From assembly GCA_965153355.1 (NCBI GenBank), contig OZ231126.1, positions 1,054,001 through 1,118,000 on the forward strand: DNA of 64,000 nt, written 5' to 3'. Below are positions 53,659-64,000 of this stretch, piece after piece; position 1 is the first letter of the stretch; every line of letters starts with the position of its first letter. A model generated the notes under the pieces. The model saw only the letters and a program-made list of their open reading frames with translations. It searched no databases and was not told the DNA's origin. Made by a program: the position numbers and the translations under genes. This DNA is from Flaccisagitta enflata (lineage: Eukaryota).

Positions 53659-53755
53659 GTTCCTCATCGGATCGTTTGCCAATGTGAAGCTTGCTTACGT
53701 CAGAGAAGATCGGATTATTTTCGCTTCATCACCAACAGACTCAACTGTTACAAAG
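53659..53755 (+). CDS. TRPC-like channel, TRP_2 domain exon
   Basis: ttgtag|VPHRIVCQCEACLRQRRSDYFRFITNRLNCYK g|GTACGC; TRPC PHxxxCxCxxC...RINAY motif. Confidence 0.92.
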
Positions 53756-54660
53756 GTACGCACTTTCAACAATGGAATGCATTCACGTTGGGACTCAACT
53801 GTTACATAGGTACGCACTGTCAACTTTGGAAAGAATGCGTTCACGTGGGGACACATTTTCTATGTGTTTTTTCATACCATATAGGAAAAAAGTATATCTA
53901 CACCTGTTCAGAAGTATCAACTTTATTATTGAGCTACTTCTAAACAACTAAAGTTACTAACCTTATTTTAGTTGATTTGAAAGAGATTTAACAATTCTTG
54001 AAAATTAGATCAATTTCAATTACGTTTTTTTTCAGGTTTATCTACTTCATTTCATTTCATATCATTTCATTTCATTCCACTTCATTTCAATAACGTTTTT
54101 TCAGGTTTAGCTACTTCATTTCACTTTACTCGTTGTCGCTACAATCCTATCATGTCATGTCATGTCATCTCATGTCATGTTCTTTATTTTCAGGTTTAGC
54201 TACTTCAGTTTACTTGGCTCGTTGTCGCTACAATCCTGTGACATGTTATGTCGTCTTATGTCATGTTCTTTTTTTTCAAGTTTATGTACTTCGGTTCACC
54301 TTGCTTGTTGTCGCCACAATCCTATCATATCATGTCAAGTAGACTCATGTCATGTTCTTTTTTTTCAGGTTTAGCTACTTCGGTTGCTCGATGTTGTCAA
54401 AATCTTGTCATGTCATATCAAGTGGACTCATGTCATATTCTTTCTTTTTTAGGTTTAGCTACTTTGGTTTGCCTAGCTTGTTGTCGCCACAATCCTGGCA
54501 TGTCATGTCATGTTGTTTCATGTTATGTTCATTTTTTTTTCAGGTTTAGCTACTTTGATTTACCAAGCTCGTCATTACCACAATCCTGTCTTATCATGTC
54601 ATGTTATCACATTTCATGTTCTTTTTTTTTTAGGTTTAGCTACTTTGGTTTACTTAGCTC

Positions 54661-56255
54661 CAGGCCTGAATTTAGCAATTTTCTTGAGCGTGCACACCGG
54701 GCACGCTCCTCACAATTTAAGCGTGCCCGACAGAGAATGAGCGTGCCCGGTTTTCTACCTTATCTTTACATTTACTTTACATTCCATCATATAAACAATA
54801 CATTACTATAGTGATCCCCCAGAATTTGTGTCCACATTAAGCAAAGAATAAACAAATAGCAGCCCAAAGGCAGTAAGTGGTCAGCGGTACCCGTGCCCTG
54901 CTTGAGTAAAAAGTGATTTAGGTTGAGAGGGAGCAGGGCAGCGGCCCCGAAGGGGACGAAGTCCTGTAGAACACAGGGGGAATCTGTCCGTCCGTCCGTC
55001 CGTCCTTCTGTCTGCGTTCCTCCGGTCCAGGATGCCCTGTTATTCAAATTTTCATTGAATACCATGGAGAAATGACAAAAGGCAATATATGGACAATGGT
55101 ACCTTTGCCCTTATTTTATAGTTTGTGGGTTATGTTGAGGGAGGAGCAGGCCAGGATCTGGGTCTCTGAGACCAGAATTTGGGTCTCAGAGACCAATTTC
55201 TTGGTCTCAGAGGCAAGGAATTCAGTCTCTGAGGCCAGGATTTGGGCCTCTGAGGCTAGGATTTAGGTCTTTAAGGCCAGAACCTAGGTCTTGGGAGGTC
55301 AGAATCTGGGTCCCAAAGGTCAGGATCTGGGTGTCTGTGGTAAGGTTGAGGGTTATAGGAGCCAGAATCTAAGTATAAGGGGCCAAAATGATAGAAATTA
55401 GGCCAGAATTCAGTTTTTCTAGCCAGATTTGGCCAAATTTGCTTGATTTTGGGCCATTTTGCCAGGTTTTGGCCATTTCGCCTGTATTTGGCCCATTTTG
55501 CCTGGATTTAGGCCATTTTGCTTGGATTTGGGCCATACAGTTTGGATTCTGGCCCCAAAGTAGACAAAGCCCTGAGGGTGGGGCAGGGGGGGGGACGGAC
55601 GGACGGACGGACGGACGGACGGACGGACAGATTCCCCCTGTGTTCTACAGGACTTCGTCCCCTTCGGGGCCGCTGCCCAAAAAGGGGGAAAAAATGATGC
55701 TAGTTTATTTGTGTTCTTTTTTTTGTTACAATATCAAACAACTAAAGTCCTGAAAGCCCATTATGACTGATTAACATTTCTGTTAATTCAGAATTACCCT
55801 TGATGAATAAAAGACAAAACAAATAAACAAACAAATAGACAAATGAATGAATAAATGTTGAAATGAGAATTAAGTTAATTGAGTTTTCCTTTGATAGATG
55901 GTTTCAGAGATGCATCTTTATTTTAATATCATACACCCTGTAGAATAAGGAAAAGAGGAATAAATGAATGAATGAATAAATGGATGAATGAATGAATGAA
56001 TGAATGAATGTATAAATTGATAACTGGCAAGATGAATAAATAATTGAAATGATAATTTAACAAATCTAAAACCTGTTTCAAACAAATAAATGATTGATCT
56101 CCATACAAAGAAATAAGAAATTGTAACCTTTTAAAATTTTTGATAGTCCTATGTGAGAGGAGAGTGCCAGCCGGGCACGCCATCAGCAAAACCAGCGTGC
56201 CAGACAGCAAAACAGAGTGCATCGGGCACGCGGGCACGCTCTAAATTCAGGCCTG
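54661..56255. mobile_element. Non-autonomous hAT element (contains HINE-B at 54851-55683)
   Basis: 15-bp perfect TIR caggcctgaatttag / ctaaattcaggcctg; 8-bp TSD CTTAGCTC (54653-54660, 56256-56263). Confidence 0.9.
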
Positions 56256-56497
56256 CTTAGCTCATTGTTGTCAAAATCCTGTCATGTAATGTTTTCTCAT
56301 GTCATGTTCTTTTTTTTTTCAGGTTTAGCTACTTTGGTTTACCTTGCTCATTGTCGCCACAATCCTGTCATGTCATGTTGTCTCATGTCATATGGTTTTT
56401 CACGTTTAGCTAGTTCAGTTTACCTAGCTTGTTGTCGCCGTGCCATATTCCTGTCATGACATGTTATGTCGTCTCATGTCATGTTCTTTTTTTTCAG

Positions 56498-56539
56498 GTT
56501 TAGCTACTTCGGTTTACCTGGCTCGTTGTCGCCAAAATC

Positions 56540-56541
<2 letters not shown>
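56498..56541 (+). CDS. TRPC-like channel, 5' part of the exon after TRP_2 (3' part not found)
   Basis: Phase 1 join gives YK-GLATSVYLARCRQNP, matching TRPC 'YRALASPSLIALSSxDP'; then runs into (GA)n. Confidence 0.6.
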
Positions 56542-56623
<82 letters not shown>

Positions 56624-57164
56624 AAAAAAAGAGGAGGAGAAAGAAAGAGGAGGAGAAAGAATAGGAGAAAGAGAGAAATAGAGAAAAGGAATGAAATGAG
56701 ACTGAAAGAAACACGGTGGAAAGGCGTTTCAAAATTGCTAATCTTCAGGTGGAGGTTATTCATGAGTCGGTGCATATTAATCATAAGGCCTTATATTTAT
56801 CATGAGGTCTTATATTTTGCGCGACAGGTTTTTGAATTGAGAAATTTTTCAAGGGGTAGGCCAAGAAGGGAGACAGAGCTGAGGTGCACAAGGTTGACTT
56901 TTACTCGTTGATCGCGTCCACATTCGAATGAAAATGGCTTATCAATGATGTGGAAGCAGTTTGATTTGCTGTATCGATCAAGCTTGAAATCCCATTGGGT
57001 CGCGTCCATAATTTGTCGGGGATGGCTATTGGCTAATCAATAATGCGGAGACGGTTTGTTCTCCTTCCAAGATTGAGTTCACATTCTCAGGAAGATGGTA
57101 AATGGATGATGTGGATGTGGTTGGTTTTCCTGTTTTGAGAGCGTTTGTATTTTCATGGGTATGG

Positions 57165-57670
57165 CTAATGATTTGGGAGTGAGGTTTGTTCTACTGTACA
57201 GTTCACATTCATGTTTTCATGAAGATCGCTGATCAATTATTTGGAAGTGATTTGTTTTCCAGTACTGTTCACATTCATGTTTTCATGAAGATTGCTGATC
57301 AATGATTTGGAAGTGGTTTGTTCTTGTATATTGTTCGCGTTCATGTTCTCATGAAGATGGCTAATCAATGATTTGGAAGTGGTTTGTTTTCCAGTACTGA
57401 TTGTGTTTACGTTCTAATGCAGATCACTAATCAATGATTTGGAAGTGGTTTGTTTTCCAGTACTGATTGTTTTCACATTCTCATGAAGATTGCTAATCAA
57501 TGATTTGGAAGTGGTTTGTTCTCCTGTACTGTTTGCACTCATGTTCTCATGAAGATGGCTAATCAATGATTTGGAAGTTATTTGTTTTCCAGTACTGATT
57601 GTGTTTACGTTCTCATGAAAATCGCTAGTCAATGATTTGGAAGTGCAGTGGTTTGTTTTCCAGTACTGAT
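57165..57670. repeat. ~63-66-bp minisatellite
   Basis: About 8 units of aatcaatgatttggaagtggtttgttttccagtactg...ctcatgaaga. Confidence 0.85.
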
Positions 57671-58314
57671 CGCGTTTGTAATCTCTCAAGGATGAAGCGG
57701 TTTAATCATTTGAAAGATACTTCCTCCAAAGCAACTAGAAATGTTGATAACCTTCAGATCACGGCTATTGGGGATATAGCGAGAGAAGCGATTAGCAAGG
57801 AAGAACAGATTCTGTGATTTACTGCTCAAACTGAAACGACAGAAGCAGGTTTAGAAGTTTGAATTGCGCCTAACTAATAGCTCATTTCATTTTACGACCT
57901 CCACGTTTTACAACCTCAGCACTTCGGTCTCCAAAGTGTCATCTAATGTAAGGTCGGGCGTCGAGATTCCCGCGTTGCATACACCGCACTGCATGCCAAT
58001 ATGTAGCAAAGTCCAGTTAAATCATTTAGTGCTGTTTTGTGGCCGCACTGTATGCCAATAAATGGCAAATTCCAATTACTTTATTGCGTGCTGTTTCATG
58101 GCCGCACTGTATGCCAATGAGTGGCAAATTCCAATTACCTTGATTTGTGTTGTTTCATGTATGTCAATAAATGGAAAATTCCGATGGCGATGGGAATTTC
58201 AAGTCAGTTGTGCTCTTAATTGTTTTATGGTTAACTCCGTGTACTGGAGAGTTTATTCATTGCTTATATGACATTGAAAACGTCCACACGGCTCTCTCTC
58301 TCTCTCTGTCTCTG

Positions 58315-58417
<103 letters not shown>

Positions 58418-58620
58418 CACTCAATCACTCTCGACACACGTTAAGCATTTAGGGAACAGCTTTACCCTCATGGACAATATATCACCTCCACGTATTGCCA
58501 CCATTTTATTGCCTACTAAAGGAAACTTCAAAACGATTTTTAGTCGCGGACACGCGACTCTACACAATGCCGTGTCGGTTGGTAGGTCCGTCGGTATGTC
58601 CGACATATTTCTAAAATTGC

Positions 58621-61600
58621 TGACGTTTCTTCATCTGAACGTACGCTCTCTACTTCCCAAGTTGGACGAGATTCAGCTGCTTCTCAACAAGTCAAAAGCC
58701 GCTGTCCTCGCGATCTCGGAAACGTGGTTGGATGAAACCGTCAGCGATGGCGAGGTAAACGTCGACGGCTACAATTTCGTCAGAAAGGACAGGAGTCGTC
58801 ATGGCGGCGGCGTCGGCGTCTTTATCAGGAAAGGCATTAACTTTGATATCCAAGATATGGGAGATTGTAAAACTGAAAGTATTTTCCTTAACATTTATCT
58901 TCCTAAGACCAAACCATTTTTAGTCGGGGTTTGTTATAGACCGCCAAATTCTAGTAATTTTGTAGACGATTTTAAAAATGTGCTTGAAAAAATAACCCCT
59001 GGGACGGAATTACATATTTTGGGAGATTTCAACTATTGTTTTAATCGCAGCGATGCCACAGTTAAAGCATACAAATCTTTTCTCAGCACTTTTTCTCTTT
59101 CTCAATTGATTACTGATGCCACCCGTATTACGGCCACGACAAATACTGTCATTGATCATTTTCTGACAAATTTTAAGTCTAAGATAATTAGCTCTGGTGT
59201 GATTGATTGTTCTTTTAGCGACCACTGTTTGATATACGGTATTAGAGGTTCCCCACCTAAGCCCCTTGGTAATCCAGTCATTAAATTTATTCGATGTCTA
59301 AAGAATTACTCTAAGGAAGTTTTGTGTGATGAGCTTCGTAGGCTCAATTGGTCTTCTGTTTACATGGCACCTAATGTCGATGATGCCCTCGAAAAGTTTA
59401 ATTCCCTTTTTCTCTCGGTTATTGATAAAGTTGCGCCCACTCGTAAGATGAGATTTAAGAAGGATTCACAGCCGTGGATGAATGGTGCAATCCTTAATAG
59501 TATTCGGAAAAGGGATGCACTTTTTGTTAAGGTTAGAAAAAATCGAAATAATTCTGATATCTACAAACAGTATTGTGCCCAGCGGAACCTTGTCCAGCGT
59601 AGTGTAAAATCGGCTAAGGCGAACTTTTTTGAGAAAGGCGTAAAAGAGTGTGGCCATGATTCTGCCAAACTCTGGCGCCATCTAGGTACGCTTGGTCACA
59701 AGGCTCCAAAGGGCGACGATTCGATTATTTTAGAATCCAATGGTGAAAGATTTTCCAATTCTAGTGTCACGTCGCGTTTTTTTAATGAATTTTATACAAA
59801 GGTTGCTGCTAATTTAGTGTCCAACTTACCTTCCCCTTCGCATATTTTTGGCTTTGACTATTGTTTGCAATTTTATCGTAATAAGGGTATCTTTTCGCCT
59901 ACTTTTACTCTTATGCCTGTTAGTCGGCACTTTATTAGAAAACAATTGTCTAATTTAAAGACTGATAAAAGCACAGGTTTAGATGGTATATCACCGCGTT
60001 TTCTAAAAGATGGTTTTGAGGTTCTTGTCGATCCAATTTCACACATTGTTAATCTGTCTCTTACCTCGGAAATCTTCCCTTCGGCTTTTAAAAAGGCACG
60101 CGTAACCATAAGTGCAATAAAAATGGCCGATTTTTGAAAGGTCTGTAAAGGATCAAAAATTCATCTGAACATAGCAAAATTCATGACACCTTGAAAGCCC
60201 TTCAAAAGAGCTTTCGTTTGAAACTTTTGTGGGACCACTAACTCAATGAATATGCAAATGAGAGTAAGATTAGCAAAACCGCTTAATTTTGAAACTGCCC
60301 ATGGTATCTTTACAAAGTTCCATAAAAAATCACAGAAGACGTTGCCCGATATTGATAAAAATTGAAATGATATTGGGGCAAATACAGGTCAACTAGCCCC
60401 TAGAATTACATCAAAATCGATAAAGATCTTCTATCATTTTTACTCATCTAAAACATTTCAGAAAATCTGAGTGACAAATTCGGCCCTTTTTTCATGAGGT
60501 GGCAATTTAGTTGTTAGCCCTTAATCTGCCATATTTTCTATAAGAATTGAGAAAAAATTTGCTGCATGGACTCAAATGAAAGATAATTTTGATATGTTTC
60601 TACAATGCATGAATTCTAGGATGGTCCCAAGAATCTTTTGACCAAAACCTGTGCTCAAAGCTGTTGAAAAATCGGCCATTTTTATTGCACTTATGGTTAA
60701 AACCTCTCTTTAAAAAAGGGTCACGATTAGAAGTGGGCAATTATCGTCCTGTTTCCATCTTACCAGTGTTGTCCAAGATTCTCGAGCGTGCTGTAAATGA
60801 TCAACTTAATAGTTTTCTTTCAAAGCATGGTTTACTGTATGATTTCCAAAGTGGTTTTCGTAGGGGATACTCGACTGACACGTGTTTAATGAATCTTAAT
60901 GATTATATAAAAAGGCAAACAAGTGAAGGAAAGGTCACAGGAATGATTCTTATTGATTTACAGAAGGCGTTTGATTGCGTGGATCATTCATTATTAATAA
61001 AGAAATTGTCGGCGATGGGTGTTTCTTCTACAGATTGGTTTCGCTCTTATCTGAACGATCGTGTCCAATGTACTCAAGTTGGAGGAATAGATTCATCATT
61101 TTTAGATGTTAGCTGTGGTGTACCCCAGGGCAGCATTCTTGGCCCAACATTGTTTCTGTGCTATATTAACGATATGGTTGGTGCATTAGATTGTAAATTG
61201 TCCCTTTATGCTGATGATAGCGCGCTTGTTTACAGCGGGTCCTGCCCAGATACTGTTGCTGCCTTTTTAAGTAAAGAATTGGACAAATGTCAAAAATGGC
61301 TCATAGACAATAGGCTCTCGCTTCACTTAGGTAAAACTGAATGTATTTTGTTTGGTTCAAAGCGTCGTTTAAATGCTGACATTCAATTTGACGTTAGTCT
61401 CGATGGTGCCATTGTAAAAAGAGTAGTCTCTGTCAAATATCTTGGTGTTTTTGTTGATCAATACCTAGACTTTTCAACGCACGTCGAAAGTTTGCTGAAA
61501 AAAGCCCATGGAAAGCTGCAGTTTCTATATCGGAATAGCTCTTTTTTGAACTTTCCTACGCGTAAATTACTCTGTGAATCCCTCATATTCTCTAGTCTTG

Positions 61601-62266
61601 AATACTGTTCATCATCTTGGTTCCCTGGTCTCTCTACTCGCTTACGTGATTCCCTGTCTGTTTTCAAAAGAAAATGTGTACGGTTTACGTTAGGATTGGG
61701 TCCTCGTGCCCATGTCGGTGATCAAGAGTATAAAAATCTATCATGGATGCCTTTTACAAAGCGAGTCACTTATTTTAACCTCGTTCACGCTTACAAGATT
61801 AAGTCTGGCTGTTCTGCATCTTATCTAGCGCAAAGTTTTACCCCGGTGTCTGAAATCCATAGTTACAATCTGCGTCAGAGTCGTTTCAATTTCTCTTTGG
61901 CCCGTTGCGAAAGTCCTTTAGGTACATTTATAAGAGACGCGATAACTGAGTGGAATTTTCTCCCGGCAGAGATGAAATCCCTCCCGTCCTTAAAACTGTT
62001 TAAGTTTCGCCTGAAGCAACTTTTACTCTCATCGTGATTTTATTCTCATGTTTTTATCACTCTTTGTCAAGCTTACGGATTTAAGTTTTGTTTTTACCTT
62101 TGTTAAGCTATATGGACCTCAATGGAAATAAATCTTAGGATTTTTTTGAGCTTTCCATGGCAATACGGCGATTTCATACATTATCCGTACAAGTTTTATT
62201 TTTACACATTGTTCTCGTTTATTTCAATGTACCACCACCTCCTTTGCCAAATACAATACAATACAA
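58621..62266 (+). mobile_element. CR1/L2-group (Crack/Daphne-like) LINE, ORF2 APE endonuclease plus RT, 5'-truncated
   Basis: LNVRSL, ISETWL, YRPP, GDFN, IDH, SDH (APE); NYRPVS, QSGFR, IDLQKAFD, GVPQGSILGP, YADD (RT). Stop at 62037; (aatac)n tail. Confidence 0.95.
60105..60697. mobile_element. TA-targeting MITE inserted in LINE ORF2
   Basis: ~31-bp perfect TIR accataagtgcaataaaaatggccgattttt; TA TSD at 60103-60104 and 60698-60699. Confidence 0.93.
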
Positions 62267-62518
62267 CGGTGTTTGCATTACTGCTCCTGCCCAACCGTCC
62301 GCGACTGGATTGCCGTGTATCCGGCCTTATTTATTTTTGAGTTTCCTCGCTCAGATCTTATATTCATGCGAGTGATTTTCTTCTTGTGAAATGTCATTCT
62401 CTTTCTGTCGCTTCTTTGTCTGTCTACCAGTCTCTCCCTTTGTCTTTCTGTCTGACCTTTTGTCTGACCTTCTGTCTATCTATCTGTCATTGTCTGCCTC
62501 TGTCTGTCTGTCGGTCTA

Positions 62519-62579
<61 letters not shown>

Positions 62580-62681
62580 GTCTGTCTGTCTGTCTGTCTA
62601 TCTGTCTGTCAGTCTGTCTGTATGTCTATCTGCCTGTCTGTCTGTTTGTCTGTCTGCCTCTTGTCTCTGTATTTCTCTGTC

Positions 62682-62806
<125 letters not shown>

Positions 62807-62809
62807 CAT

Positions 62810-63184
62810 ATCGAGTATGAGCGCCTTGCTCAATCATGTACTCAGTTCACGAGCGACGTGTTGGACCTTTGTCCCTCTCTCCTTCAGATCGAGTATGAGC
62901 GCCTTGCTCAATCATGTACTTAGTTCACGAGCGACGTTCTCGACCTTTGTCCCTCTCTCCTTCAGATCGAGTATGAGCGCCTTGCTCAATCATGTACTCA
63001 GTTCACGAGCGACGTTCTCGACCTTTGTCCCTCTCTCCTTCAGATCAAGTATGAGCGGCTTGCTGAATCATGTACTCAGTTCACGAGCAATGTTCTCGAC
63101 CTTTGTCCTTCTCTCCTTCAGATCGAGTATGAGCGGCTTGCTCAATCATGTACTCAGTTCACGAGCGACGTTCTCGACCTTTGT
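62810..63184 (+). repeat. 78-bp tandem array (5 copies) of a TRPC acceptor plus exon 5' edge
   Basis: Units start at 62810, 62888, 62966, 63044 and 63122; each reads IEYERLAQSCTQFTSDVLDLC(PSLLQ). Confidence 0.92.
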
Positions 63185-63283
63185 CGCGACTCAAACGATG
63201 TCAAAGCGATTTTGTTCAGTTCTCAAGATGGAGATGAATTTCTTGGAACCATTTCCTACGCAATAAGATTCGAAGAAAAAGCG
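63122..63283 (+). CDS. TRPC-like channel, linker-helix exon
   Basis: ccttcag|IEYERLAQSCTQFTSDVLDLCRDSNDVKAILF...ISYAIRFEEKA|GTAGGG, like TRPC 'EYEELSQQCKxFAxDLLDQCRxSxEVEAIL...LAIKYxQK'. Confidence 0.9.
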
Positions 63284-63909
63284 GTAGGGATGACTACTGA
63301 ATGAATGAATGAATGAATGAATGAGAGGATGAATGAATGAATGAATGAAAGAATGAATGAATGTGTGTATGAACGAGTGACGCATGAATGAATGAATGAT
63401 GAATGAATGAATGAATGAATGAATGAATGAATGTGGGAATAAGAAGTTGGACATTTGATGAATCGGGGAAACAAAATCGAGGAAGAGAAACAAGTGTCAT
63501 AAAAATAGAGGAGTTACCATTCATTCATTCATTCATTCATTCATTCATTCATTCATTCATTCATTCATTCATTCATTCATTTATTCATTCACTCATTTCT
63601 CTTTCAGTTCATATCGCACCCGGTGATACAACAGTTGATTGCCACTGCTTGAATGAATCATTGATACAATCGGTGATTTACCCAATCATCCATTTATTCA
63701 TTCATCCATTTATTCATCCATTTATTCTTTCATTTATTCATTCATTCATTTATTCGTTCATTCATTCTTTCATTCATTCATTCATTCATTCTTTCATTCA
63801 TTCATTCATTCATTCATTCATTCATTCATTCATTCATTCATTCATTCATTCATTAATTCATTCATTCATTATATTCATTCATTCATTCATTCATTCATTT
63901 CCCTGCCAG

Positions 63910-64000
63910 TTCATCTCGCACCCGGTGATACAACAGTCGATCGCCACAGCTTGGAATGGAGATGGAAATATCGAAGGATCAACTTCCTTACCCGCGCTCA
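63910..64000 (+). CDS. TRPC-like channel, pre-S1 exon (runs off the window)
   Basis: ctgccag|FISHPVIQQSIATAWNG, matching TRPC 'FVAHPNCQQLLASIWY'. Confidence 0.9.

Larger units (their letters stand above)
54025..56541 (+). repeat. ~88-bp tandem array (11 copies) of a TRPC acceptor plus exon 5' edge
   Basis: Units ttttcag|gtttagctacttcggtttacYtggctcgttgtcgcca... start at 54036, 54105, 54194, 54280, 54369, 54453, 54544, 54634, 56323, 56404 and 56498. Confidence 0.85.
58537..62331 (+). mobile_element. HINE family A split by a LINE insertion (58537-58620 and 62267-62331)
   Basis: 5' tttttagtcgcggacacgcgact; 3' gtccgcgact...gccgtgtatccggc. Both subTIRs share the variant agtcgcggac/gtccgcgact. Confidence 0.75.

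Noticed and set aside
57165-57689. Minus-strand 22-aa repeat protein (TSKSLISxLHEN...)
   Set aside because: The frame is broken by stops in at least two units and there is no splice context; treated as a minisatellite.

Overview
This is repeat-rich animal (probably protostome invertebrate) nuclear DNA, dense in microsatellites and non-autonomous transposons; it is not prokaryotic. I assembled three spliced genes by hand from GT-AG junctions and phase matching. (1) The 5' end of an XK-related (XKR) membrane protein on the minus strand (1-1093). (2) A divergently oriented CREC-family (calumenin/reticulocalbin-like) EF-hand protein (6 exons, 4133-19772; the C-terminal exons were not found). (3) A divergent TRPC-like channel (8 exons or part-exons, 31174 to >64000). 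A degenerate ionotropic-receptor-like fragment may lie at 28271-28747 (-). The most striking pattern is that introns of the TRPC gene repeatedly carry tandem 'echo' copies of the neighbouring splice site plus exon edge: up to 11 copies, some in frame and some with stop codons. Other highlights: a ~930-bp palindromic Penelope-like insertion with a 14-bp TSD and two minimal hammerhead-like motifs; a three-layer HINE > LINE > MITE nest whose LINE ORF2 is restored in frame by removing the MITE; reciprocally nested MITE families; and several Helentron/DINE-1-like families carrying internal satellites. All family assignments come from recalled motif resemblance, not database searches.
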